This document shows, piece by piece, positions 37,075 to 48,827 of a stretch of 64,000 bases of DNA (positions are counted from its first letter, which is position 1; each line of letters starts with the position of its first letter). Location: contig DF237043.1 in NCBI GenBank assembly GCA_000708835.1, positions 1 to 64,000 of the forward strand. The letters run 5' to 3'. Source of the stretch: Klebsormidium nitens (taxonomy: Eukaryota > Plantae > Klebsormidiophyceae). A program made the translations under genes and the position numbers. The notes below the pieces were generated by a model, which saw only the letters and a list, made by a program, of their open reading frames with translations, had not been told where the DNA came from and ran no database searches.

Positions 37075-37770
37075 GGGGACGCGGAAAATGGGCTAAACTT
37101 TTTCACCGAGCCCCAGACTGGAACTTTGACTTCGGACGGTCACGGACACCCCGGTGGAAAGCCTCGGTACCGTACCGCGAAGGCTTCATCTGAAGACCTT
37201 TACTCGGCCAGTGAACCCAGTGCACAGTGCACACTGCCGACTGCAGTAAGCGAACACTTGGCCGGATGCGATTTCAAAATTCAAATATTGACCACAAGCT
37301 GCAAATGCTGGAAAATGGTGGCCTTAAAAGAATAGTCCAAGAGCGTTTTACCAGATCTCAACGCCAATATGTCAAGACCTCACCTGAATATAGCAAATCC
37401 CTACTTTAGGTTACTGAGATTCGTTGGGGTAAAAGTGGTCAAGGGGTGCAAAAATGGCTCTGAATGACTGAAAACGTCAAATGCTGCCTAAAACGAGTTG
37501 TCAAAGACGTGTTTCAAGGCCCTCTGGACTTCGACATTCGCCGTTGAGATCGTGACAGAGGACATTGAGTCCAGCCCAATGTCCAGGTTGGTGGCTTTTC
37601 GCGTGGAAAAAGTGGTAAAGAGCTGCCAAAATGGCCTTCTGCGATTTGAATTTTGAAATGCATACGGGGGGCCGGCGTATCGATCGAGTACCGTGCGCGG
37701 TTTGGTACCGCCCCGGCCTCGTCCAAGACCTTTCGGACGGTGAAAATTCTGGCCCATGTTCCGCGTCCCC
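37075..37770. mobile_element. ~700-bp foldback / long-TIR non-autonomous element
   Basis: Ends GGGGACGCGGAA(A/C)ATGGGC...TTTTCACCG are inverted. Internal inverted matches are ATTTCAAAATTCAAAT (~37272 / ~37645) and GATCTCAACG (~37354 / ~37548). Confidence 0.7.
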
Positions 37771-38641
37771 AGATACGTCGGTGTATGAGTTGCGGTAGGT
37801 ACCTGGGTACAGCTCAGGACGGTTCCCTACGAAGTAGGTACTGTACTCACAAAACCCAGTACGACGTCGAACGAGTACGGATACGGTACCTGGGTGGACG
37901 CCGAGGCTCGAATGAGTCAAATTGAATCAATTGAATCAGGCAATTAATACCTGGATCGTGCTTCATGCAAGTTGACCTCAGCTTCACGTGCCCGACCATC
38001 GACATTTGTATACTTGTGATGTACGGTACCTACCGTTCAGGCACGTGCACCGATCCTGGCAACTCCCTTGTCCCCAATGTTCGTGTTTCGCCAATCAGAT
38101 TTCCGCCAGATTTTCGAGGGATTTTCGCCGGCCTGGCGAAAATGGTCAGGAGTCAGGACGTTCAGGACGTCAGGCAGTTCTTATATGCTCGGGTGCTCCA
38201 ACCGGTTTGAACGAATATTAACCCTGTTCAGAACACCGTTTTCTACCTCTGTTTGTACTTTGTTAAGTAGCTCTTCAGAAACAACGGGGAAAACCAGGTC
38301 GGTACAGGATTTTTATCGTGCCGGGACACAGAACCGGGCACAACTGCCGCTGGGATTTCGCCATTTAATAGTGTCATTTTCGCCAACCAGTGTCTGGGAG
38401 CTCCTGTGACCTGTCAATGGTGCATGAGTCATTTTCGCCACGATCACTGCTTGTCTCCCAAGATTCAGAACTTGAAGCTCCGAGTCCTGCTGGTCCGGGG
38501 CAACTCAACTACCGGTAGGTAAATTAAAAGACCCCTAACCCAAAGATGACGCGCTCAGCACCCGTACTAACGGTACTACCTACCTACTCTAACCACAAAC
38601 CAGGCGACCCTATAGGCTATCCGTCCCCCGGGCTGTGAACC

Positions 38642-38653
38642 TGGGCCTGGGCC
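38642..38653 (+). promoter_or_regulatory. Two adjacent site II-like motifs (TGGGCC TGGGCC) upstream of EBP2
   Basis: The motifs lie ~125 bp upstream of the EBP2 ATG. Site II elements are typical of plant ribosome-biogenesis promoters. Confidence 0.3.
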
Positions 38654-38774
38654 TTAATATCACACCTGCAGAGACTCGGACTCGAGAGGAGAGCTACTTG
38701 GCGCGCACACTTTTTGGGGAGTGCTAGTGTATTGTCCTATCGAGTGGTCTCTTTTCAGAGTACCTAACTCAGCA

Positions 38775-41700
38775 ATGGCGGACGAAGAGGACTTTTCTAG
38801 CAGCAGCGACGAGGAGGCCGAGGCTCACGCTCCGGAGGGGCAGGTCAAGAGGCCCGCTATCTACAACACCGATGCGCTCCACGAAGCCCTTGAGGATTTT
38901 GGCTGGTCCGATCAAGTTGATTGGCTGCAAACCCTTGCGGTAACGGTCGCCCCAGCTGACGGGGATCCTGTTGACCCTGAGAATGATCTGGCTAGAGAAC
39001 TGGCCTTCTATACGCAGGCTCTGGAAAGCGCCAGGGATGCCTATGAGAGGCTGACAGAAAGGGGCGTGCCAATTCTGAGGCCGCCGGATTACTATGCGGA
39101 GATGGTGAAGACGGATGAGCACATGCTTAAGGTAAGGCCGAGCCTTGCAAGCCACGAGCGTTAGTTTCCTTGACTTCTTTTCAGTGGTTGTGCCAATGTG
39201 AAATGGAAGAGAAAATGTAGGTGCACCACCGTTTCAATCACATGTCTGGAATAATAAAAAACAGTGCACCAAGGTAAGGCAGTTTCTCTAGCATGTATCA
39301 AGCATTTCTTTGTTTCTTCGTCCCGGGGTGCTCGAATTGCTCGAAAGGGCCTTTCGAGTTGCACCACTGCTGTGATTACATTACCCTGATCGACGAAAAG
39401 GTAAGGCTCTTTCTATGATGCGTCTACAATAGTCTGCTTCTGTTTGATGTTTGTTTTTAGTGCTTGCGCCAGACTGCACGATGTGCTTCTTTCAACTGCA
39501 CCACCATTTTTCATCACATAACCCTGAGAAATGGGGAAATGGTAAGGTTATTTCTATTGAGCCACACACGATGGTCACCTTTCACTTCCTGGCGTGTGCC
39601 AGATTTTGCACTGTGCTTTTCTCAGTTGCACCACTGCTTCAATCACATTGCCCTGAAAAGCGAATTCATTGTATGAAGCATGGTACCTGTCGATCGGTTC
39701 CATTGCTGCCTACAACTAGTGACGAGTCACTTCCGATCATCAGCGTGACCCTTAGCAATGAGCAGTCAAACTACATTGAAGCCTGCCCCGCCACCACTGT
39801 GTTGTAGGACAATTAATTTTTTTTTTTGGGTCCGAAACAGGTTGAGAATTGGAATAGCGTAAAGACTGGTTGTTCTTATGCATGCTGTGCATTCCAGGCG
39901 CTGGCTACATTTGCTGTTCTTTGGTGCAAGGTCTGTTGTTATCGCTGACACACGCGGATATGAACGCCCCATTGACTTTCGGTGGCCTAGTCAAATTGAC
40001 GGTTGTATAGTATGTTTTCTGGGATTGTTGTCGGAACGACGGAAAAAGCTTGATGTAGTTCTGCGGGTGGATCGGCCTCACAGCCAAGGCGAACTCTGCC
40101 GTCCGATCCATGATTGTGCCTGAAGAATGCATTTAGGAATTTTTTACACAGGATTGCACAAACACCTTCACCGGGAACCAAAAGTACAAATTGAAGTGAT
40201 GCAAACAAAAGTCTCCTGAGAACGGAAGAATTCAGAAAGTCGAGTCATGAAGTGGCCGTGTGCGCTGCGGGTTGCAATCCGGTTTGATGGTGAAGAACCC
40301 CTCGTCGATGTGCCAACTAGATTCTTTCAGCGCCGTCGATTTTCAGAAACCACGTACGTCAAATCTCTTTGGCTTCAAATGGCATAAAACATGCATCGTC
40401 GATGCCGGCAACCAACCGTTGTAGGAGGCCAAAGTTGGTTGAAAGGCAATCTGTTGTACGAGAAGAAGGTTGAATAAAGGGGTTGAATGTGCGTTTGAAT
40501 TTGCCTTGCTTTTTTAAAGTCTGACGCCCACTCCAAATCAACCGAAACATTGCAGGTGAAGGAAAGGCTGTTGCATGATCAGAAGGCGCTTGAGGGGGCG
40601 GATTGCGAATCTGGTCTGTGAGAAATCATATTGACCGTCGTTTTTCCTAGCTTCGCAAGTCAGGAGGCCACTCTTAAGACAAAGATTTTCGTTGCAGGTA
40701 AAAGACAAGCTGTTGCACGAGCAAAAGGCAATTGAGGAGGCGGAGGCGCGGCGGAAGCAGCGCGAGAACAAGAAGTACGGCAAGGAGGTGCAACAGGCCA
40801 AGCTCAAGGAGCGCGCGCAGTCCAAGAAGCGGGACATCGAGTCGGTCAAAAAGTGGCGGAAGCAGCGGTGAGTTGTGCTCGGTGGTTTTTGACGAGTTGT
40901 CAGGAACCAATTGGTTTTGTGGCTTGAGGGGAATGGGTGAGACGGGCGTTGCAGACAAACCCAAAGACTGCGTGCAGTCGATGAACTGGGACATCAAGTC
41001 GAACAAGAAGTGGCGGAAGCAGCTTGGGTAGTCTGTGAGCAGGCTTGTAGGAAACCGGTGGGTATTTGGGGCAGAATGATTTCGGGCCTGAGGTATAAGC
41101 TCAAACTTGCACGCAGTCGAAGAAGTCCGACATTGAGTCGGTCAAGAAGAGACGGAAGCAGCGGTAAGTGGTGCTGGGCCTTTTGCGTGGCTTTCAGAAG
41201 GAGAAGTTGGTTTTGGGGGAAGGGATTTAGGTTGCATGGGGATGAGCGAAGGGATGTGTACTGTTGACAGAGGAGGACAGTTCGAATCGTAGTTTGTTCT
41301 GGCCGTATAGTAGTCGAATCAGTGGAACTAGTCAAAGCTTTGATTAGTGGTGTGTCTCCGACTTGACTTCGACTTGGGCTGGTATCATCTACAATCAGCA
41401 CCGATATTTGCGCGAACTTAGGGACGAAGTGGGTCGTTCAAGGATCAGATGAAGCAGCTTTCACTAGTCAAACGCCGCTGTCTCGTCAAACGCTGCTGGC
41501 AATTTGCGAGAAGTCCCCCAGACCGTGTTATGCGATGACCCACTAGAGGACTATTTTGTTGCTTCACTTTTTTCCGTCTTGGGGCAATTTTGAGCTGGAA
41601 CTACGTGGATTACGACAAATTGCGAAGTGCGGCCTTGGGTGTGTGTCTTGGCAGTAGGTCTCATCCTCGCAAAGATAGCCGACACAAATCTTGGAGCAGC

Positions 41701-42309
41701 CTTTTTCATCCTTGTGACCAAGGACCGGAAGGTTACAATCTTGTGGTTCAATCTTTGAAACAGGTACCGTTTCGTCTCCCTTTGTCCCAAGTTCCTGGTA
41801 GTCCCAAGACAGGACCAGGCAGCTCGTGACACCCTTGTTTCGCGTGACATATAACAAAGCGCTTTGTTAACATGATTGCGACGACCCTTGCGTCAAGTTT
41901 CTTAGTCTAGTTTCTTGTCGTTTGCAGTGAGAAAGACGATTACGAAGGCGGCGACGAGTTCCAAGTTTCGTTACAAGACAAAGATGCAGAGGCTCCGGGG
42001 CCTGCTCCGAAGCGGGATATGGCTTCTGCTGGTCGGGGCGGAAGGGGCGGACGGGGCGGAAGGGGCGGAACGGACGGAAAGGGGCAATTTCACACGCCCT
42101 CGAAAAAGCGAAAAGCAAGGGACGAGAAGTTCGGATTCGGCGGCAGTAAGAAGCTGAAGAAGCAGAACGATGCAACGTCGTCGGGCGACATGGATGCGTA
42201 TCGGGGGAGCTTTAGAGAAGGTCGGGGGACGAGGGGTAAGCGGGGGGGCAGGGGAGGCAAGTCACAACGACCGGGGAAGTCAAAGCGAGCCAAGCAGAAG
42301 AGTAATTAG
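38775..42309 (+). CDS. EBP2: rRNA-processing protein EBP2
   Basis: Exons are 38775-39131 (NDLARELAFYTQAL...RPPDYYAEMVKTDEHMLK), 40698-40867 (VKDKLLHEQ...KKYGKEVQ) and 41928-42309 (RDEKFGFGG...KKQND...RPGKSKR). Confidence 0.95.
39131..39670 (+). repeat. Four tandem ~135-bp units at the start of EBP2 intron 1, three retaining donor-like G|GTAAGG
   Basis: GTAAGG occurs at 39132 (real), 39274, 39401 and 39542. The TGCACCAC...ATCACAT motif recurs at ~39222, 39360, 39497 and 39628. Confidence 0.75.
40551..41170 (+). repeat. Partial copies of EBP2 exon 2 on both sides of the exon
   Basis: An acceptor plus 16-codon copy starts at 40556, 142 bp upstream. Copies of the 3' end lie at ~40972-41024 and ~41110-41163; the latter keeps a GTAAGT donor. 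Confidence 0.88.
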
Positions 42310-43287
42310 CCCGTGTACATAGATTACTTGTGAGGTAGGAATGGACCTTTTCTGGAGGTTGTGTTGGTCCCTTCACCAATTATTGTTGTCTACTTTCGTA
42401 TCTCATTCCATTCCATTTCGGCGATGTTGATTGGATGTCAGCCGTCGGTCAGGTTGGCTGGCCAGTGGGCGGCAGCGTTGACGTCATCAGCATGATGTGA
42501 GGATGTCTTGTCTCTCTATACTGACACCGACGGTGCCGGTATTATGCCCATGTCCTGGCGGAATTAGTCCAACGAGCGTGCATAATTAAGGACTCACGTT
42601 GAAGAGTGACGTACGTTTGTGAGTCAGCTTAAATCGTTTATTTGCGATTGATGTGTGTTGAATTTTGAGTAACACAAATCCGGCGGCTGCAGGCTCGATC
42701 AACTTATATGCATCCTGAGTATGTACTAAGAATCCGGAAGTTTCAGACAATGCCCGGCCGCCTGCATGTGCAGTTTGCACGCGCTGGCTGAAATCCTGCA
42801 TTATGCTGAATATCGCGCGCATGCATGCCCTTATAGTACATGGAATTGCAGCCAAGACCACTGTTAGCTGCATATTCGACGCGCAAGCCTGAGCTATATT
42901 AAGTTGCATACGGTATGTTTCCTAGGCAGCTTTGATTTAAAGCACTCAATGCGCTGCCATGACAAAGTTTGACAGAGATTGCATATAATAACACAAGGAG
43001 CCAGTGAACATGAGCGCAGGATCAGAAGCCAGTTGAGTAACTTCTTTTTGCAAGCAATTTGCCAAGGCTGGGACAATGACTTGAGCCGTGGATCCCTCTG
43101 CCCATATTTACCCCCACCCATTTCGCCATTCTGCTGCAAGAGGCCCAAGGCAGTTCTTGACTATGGCACCCGGCTTATGGTCGGCCTGATTTAACCACCT
43201 ACTTCTGTGTCAGAAAATCTCTCGACCTCATGATCGGTCAAAAAGATTCGAAATCTACATTCTCTCTTTTCCACCCGTTCGATTAGT

Positions 43288-46200
43288 CTACTGATCGCTG
43301 CGCGGAGGCGCGCCGAGCAGCAGCGGCGGCTTTTTCTCGTCCTCTTTCGTCTCCTTCGTGGCATGTGTCACGGTATACGGCTTGCTCTCCCTTTCTCCGC
43401 TGGCCACGCCGGTGTGTAATGGCGGGAGCGTCGCCAGCGCTTCGAGCACCTTTTGGCGCGGGCCTTGGTCGCCGAATCCGCTCGTGTTCCACAGGTCCCC
43501 GATGGATTGAAGCTCGTCGTGAACGGCCGCTAAGTCGTCGCCCCTCAGTTTCGTCAGCTCGTCGATCCTGCGATGCAAGAAGAGGAACACTTACAAGCGC
43601 CGTTTGGTTCTAAAAGGTGTGGAACAAATGGTCGGCTTGGGGAGACTCTTGCTCACCGTCGGTTTGGTAATGGCAGGTGCTACTGGCCAACAGGACGATC
43701 TCACTCGTCAAACGGAAAACAAAAATCGCTTCCAAAGAATTAACGGGAATCAGCATGACGTCCACGTTATCATCCACCGCCTTATCGATTGCATGAAGCG
43801 TCGAGCTTGGATACCAAAGGCGTCAGATATTGGATGAAATCTCAAATGCTCATTAAGCCCCAATGCCCACCTGTCTGTCAGAGCATCCTTCAGCCCCGCC
43901 TCTCCCGCCACGTGCTTCGCATCCTCCTCGCTCCGCCCCGCCACGTCGTTCAGCGCCCCGAGCGCCGTCTCCCGGACGTCCAAATCCGGGCTCCTTACGA
44001 GCGAGGCCAGCGTCCAAATCAGCCCCGGCTGTCCAGTGGCTTCGGACGCGCCCGGGGTTTCGGACAGGATGGACCGAAGCAGGTGTAACGCCTTGCGCTG
44101 GAGTTTCGGGTCGTCCGAGGAGAGCGCGTCGCGGAGGGCGGCGTAGCCGTCGCCGTGCCGGAAGGCGGCCAGGCCCGCGCGGTTATTGCGGATCAGGGCT
44201 GCATACGAGGACGGAAAGGCACAAGCGGACGGGAATGGATAAGCGGACGGCATGTATAAGCGGACGGTAATGGATAGCAGACAGGAAGGGGTACGGAGAC
44301 AGAACCGCATAAGCAGGTGCGCACAAACGCCCAGTTTGCGCGTTTTCTTGCGGATGCAGGCTGCATGAAGGGGTGGAACGGATAAGCGGACGGAAACGGA
44401 TAAGCAGACAAGAAGGGGTACGTGGACGCAGTTGCATACGCAGGTGGGCAATACCGTCGCGCCAACACGTTCCTTGCGGAACGGGCTACGTAAGCAGTAA
44501 CGTGTGGGTCAACGGGAACGCATACGCAGATAGGAGGACGTATGCGGACGGGTTCGATAAGCAGGCAGAAGGAGGCAAAGCCCGAGCAATCACTGCGTAT
44601 CTGGACTGCGAGAAAGTACTGTTGGGTGAACGTTCTCTCAATTAGCGCTAAACAAGTCTCCAACACCCCTGCATTTGCTATTTGTCACACATATGAGAGC
44701 AGAAGTCCCTTAACAGTGGGATGTTACGGTGTCAATCGAGCCACGAAAACCTCGTCACAAACTCAAAAACCCGTTAAGAACGTCGTGAAAAGTTCTAGCG
44801 TTACTAACTCACCCTGATACGAAGCTCCTTCCGAAGCGTTGCACTACCAGGACTTCTGAGCTTAGCTTAGTACCCCCAGTATCTGTCGAGCAGATTCGAC
44901 AGAAGGATAACGAGGAATCATCATCGATGAAACAGATTCCGTGCTCGAAACTTCCGCCTCACCTCCGACTGCCCCCAGAGCCTTGGCCCTCGAGGTTGGG
45001 TCTTCGTCTTGCGCGGCGTTGTGCATGAGCGTTTCCATCCCCTTGCAGTCCATCACGTTCTGCTGGCTCTGCGGGTTGTTCTGCACCACCGTGTGGACCA
45101 CCTCCGCAGCCTTGGCGCGCAGCCGGGGGTCCGGGTTCTTGAGGTAGNNNNNNNNNNNNNNNNNNNNNNNNNNNNNNNNNNNNNNNNNNNNNNNNNNNNN
45201 NNNNNNNNNNNNNNNNNNNNNNNNNNNNNNNNNNNNNNNNNNNNNNNNNNNNNNNNNNNNNNNNNNNNNNNNNNNNNNNNNNNNNNNNNNNNNNNNNNNN
45301 NNNNNNNNNNNNNNNNNNNNNNNNNNNNNNNNNNNNNNNNNNNNNNNNNNNNNNNNNNNNNNNNNNNNNNNNNNNNNNNNNNNNNNNNNNNNNNNNNNNN
45401 NNNNNNNNNNNNNNNNNNNNNNNNNNNNNNNNNNNNNNNNNNNNNNNNNNNNNNNNNNNNNNNNNNNNNNNNNNNNNNNNNNNNNNNNNNNNNNNNNNNN
45501 NNNNNNNNNNNNNNNNNNNNNNNNNNNNNNNNNNNNNNNNNNNNNNNNNNNNNNNNNNNNNNNNNNNNNNNNNNNNNNNNNNNNNNNNNNNNNNNNNNNN
45601 NNNNNNNNNNNNNNNNNNNNNNNNNNNNNNNNNNNNNNNNNNNNNNNNNNNNNNNNNNNNNNNNNNNNNNNNNNNNNNNNNNNNNNNNNNNNNNNNNNNN
45701 NNNNNNNNNNNNNNNNNNNNNNNNNNNNNNNNNNNNNNNNNNNNNNNNNNNNNNNNNNNNNNNNNNNNNNNNNNNNNNNNNNNNNNNNNNNNNNNNNNNN
45801 NNNNNNNNNNNNNNNNNNNNNNNNNNNNNNNNNNNNNNNNNNNNNNNNNNNNNNNNNNNNNNNNNNNNNNNNNNNNNNNNNNNNNNNNNNNNNNNNNNNN
45901 NNNNNNNNNNNNNNNNNNNNNNNNNNNNNNNNNNNNNNNNNNNNNNNNNNNNNNNNNNNNNNNNNNNNNNNNNNNNNNNNNNNNNNNNNNNNNNNNNNNN
46001 NNNNNNNNNNNNNNNNNNNNNNNNNNNNNNNNNNNNNNNNNNNNNNNNNNNNNNNNNNNNNNNNNNNNNNNNNNNNNNNNNNNNNNNNNNNNNNNNNNNN
46101 NNNNNNTAAGGGGAAGGTGAGGGGGGGAAGGAAAAACACAAACCGATTGGGATGGGAAAGAGGAAAACTTGACGAGAGAAAGAGAAGGAAAGAACGAATT

Positions 46201-48269
46201 GTCGGTGCCAGATCCACTGCGTTCCTTTCTCAGTTTACTTCATCTCTTTGCTTCTATTAGGAACTTGAAACGACCGACTTTCATACAGCAAGAAGGAAAC
46301 AGAACGGGACCCTCAACCAATCAATGCAGATCAGTGGACATTATGATCAGTCACAACCAGGATGAACACAGGGAACTGAGCATAAACATAGAACGAGAGG
46401 GGATAAGAATCCCAACGACGGGAATTTGCACGGCCCGCTCTTTGAAAGTTCCGATCACTACCTGGGAAACATCGTCGACCCACGCTTAAAATCCAGGCAA
46501 CTTCAAATTTTTGTGGAGTGAAGGTTTTCAAGACCGTGAGAAGCATTAGGAATGATGTGAGAGCAAGATCTGATGATCGGGGTTGCATATCGAATCCGGC
46601 AATGGGAATAACCGCTCTCAGAGTGGTGCAGGTTGGAGGATACCCAGCCCACTAATCCTCTTGACGTAACATTTCTGATAGCAAAAGCAGGTGTACTTTC
46701 TGAACATGAAACTCGTTCTAATGGACGGATCGTAGCTTGGACATTTAGTTTCAACGGCAAAAGAACGTCAGTGAACAAAGAGTCACACGCCCAACAGTCT
46801 GGTTGAGTTTGAAAATTGGCACAGATATGGGAATACTTACCATTCGCGTAGTCAATCTGCCCCACTAGGTCTTGGAGTTCTTCTAACATCTCTGCAGGCA
46901 GCAAAACGAAGTTGATCATCTTCCCAAGGAACACCTTCACACTGCGCAAGAATTGCAACCTCAGCTCGGGGAGGCCGACGAGGAAACATACCTGGTCACA
47001 CCTCATTCACCAAATTTGCAATCCGCCTCCAGAATCCTCCTGTTCAACTTGTGCATGACTATTCCCACTTTCAATGGAATCAAGTTCTTTTTCCCGCCAT
47101 GTGTGGAAGAAGCTTGTCTGACAATCTCGTGTTTGATTGTTGGTCTAAGAACATGACGGCAAAAAACTCTATTGAAGATGCTAGGATGACTGGAGGCGCC
47201 AGGTAAGCAAACATACCGATGAGGTCTTCCGTTGTAACGCCCTGGTCCTTGAGCTCCTGCTCGAGCATGCTCATCACCATGGTAATCTCCCTCATCCTTT
47301 GCACAATGTCAATCGTGTTCTCTCGCATCGCATCTTGGAAAAATTTCTTGTCCTCTTCGCTGCATCCAAAAAAAACAGCCCACTGTCAGCAACTTCTGAG
47401 ATCGACGTTTGGTATTGACAGTAATCCAGATTGATTGACGTCAGAAGAGAAACAACTGCTTAGTGAATTGACAATGTAAAGATATCCGCCAAAGCCGACA
47501 ATGATAGGACTTTCCTCGGTGGCATGCGTGGGTTATGCAATAGAAGGCTGCTCACAAGCTGTCCTTGAGCTCTGACAAGATTGTTGAAAAGATTCAAAAA
47601 GTTCTGAGCCTCCGCCAGCAAAAAGGAGCATTGATAGCATGATTACGACATGTAGACACGAAGAAACCTGACATGTGACGCATTTTCCGAAATGCAAGCT
47701 TGTCATACCGATCTTATAGGAAGCAAACAGATACATAAACCACAATGCCGCTAGTAAAGTTGGCAAAATTTATGTCGCTATCTTCAGTGGCATTCCTTCT
47801 TCAAAACCATGCTCAACTTAAGTTTAGAAGACGTCATCAGACGTCAAGGGTCAAGCATCATGCGGTCTGCCTGGTCCTGGGCGAAACACAGCAAGCAAGA
47901 CTACCAAGCTATAACCCTTCTTACCGCTCTCAATGAATAGAATCTGATGGCATAAGCTTCAAGGAGAAGGTACTTCCACAGAAAGTACGACCAGGCATGA
48001 CTTACACAAACCAAATGACAGGGTCCTTGCAAAGCCTTAGCTCGACATGCTCGATGCATGGGTGGTGTACAAGCACTAATCAGAGAAGTGCAAGGAGCAC
48101 ACACGCTTCGTTGATGCAGTTTCAGAAACACAATCCCATACCACCATTTTACATTGTAAGAACTTCTGCAAACTTACCTTACTGGACGTCGTTGGCCAGA
48201 TGGACTGCCAGCGGTCTGAGACATGGACCACTTCAAGAGGCCTTTCCATTTCTGTAGGTCGTCACCCAT
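43288..48269 (-). CDS. FES1: Hsp70 nucleotide exchange factor FES1/HspBP1
   Basis: Exons are 48269-48178 (WKGLLKWS), 47359-47217, 46891-46841, (start in gap)-44963 (YLKNPDPRLRAKAAEVVHTVVQNNP), 44198-43871 (LIRNN...LQRKALHLL) and 43567-43288. One exon start is hidden in the N gap. Confidence 0.92.
44224..44575. repeat. Intronic minisatellite (~17-18 bp units) with ~125-bp higher-order period
   Basis: GGATAAGCGGACGG-like units. The GCAGAC/TA(G/A)GA(A/G)G block recurs at 44277, 44404 and 44526. Confidence 0.75.
45148..46106. other. Assembly gap (N run)
   Basis: 959 N within FES1. Confidence 1.
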
Positions 48270-48827
48270 ACTTGGGCTTTCTACTTTGTACGAGTCAAGG
48301 CGCCGAAGGAAAAGTCAGATGAAGCAAACTTCTTTAGCTCCCTGAGGTATAAAGTTTCCTTTTGCTCTGATCAAAAGCTTTTGCCGGTGCAAATGCCAGC
48401 GTCTGAGCTGACAGACGAAGAAGGACACCAGCTACAAAAACAAAAGATCCCTGAACTGCGAACAGGAACGAAGCGAAGGTGAGCTCTTCTATGAAAAGTG
48501 GGTCGTGAACGCATTTGCATCTGTCCAGACGTTTCCAGACTATTGTTGACCGGGATGCGGAAACCATCGTCCACGGCGCGTTCGAATGCATGTAACGCTA
48601 GGCGATATTTTACGGTCAACGCTACATGCCATCCGCGGGATCCGCTCGACGACCGTCCATCTTCTTGGCGTCCACTTCGTCCACCAATGACCGTGCTGCT
48701 GTTCAGCTGAAGAAGTTGTTGAAGCAGCTTGCTCTGCAGAGTTGCGCTGGCGTGCATACTAATAGGTGGACAGAGGCGGCTGGTGCTGGCGTTCCTTGGC
48801 AATTGCAGGTACTTCGGGTGTGCCATC

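Noticed and set aside
36799-38409. ORFs of 113-178 aa in the RAV/EBP2 intergenic region
   Set aside because: They overlie MITE/foldback DNA and lack motifs or a splice-consistent structure.
46107-46125. TAAGGGGAAGGTGA resembling the MITE TIR at 35566
   Set aside because: The match is only ~12 bp at a gap edge and is equally explained as the polypyrimidine tract upstream of the FES1 exon on the minus strand; no partner TIR is visible.
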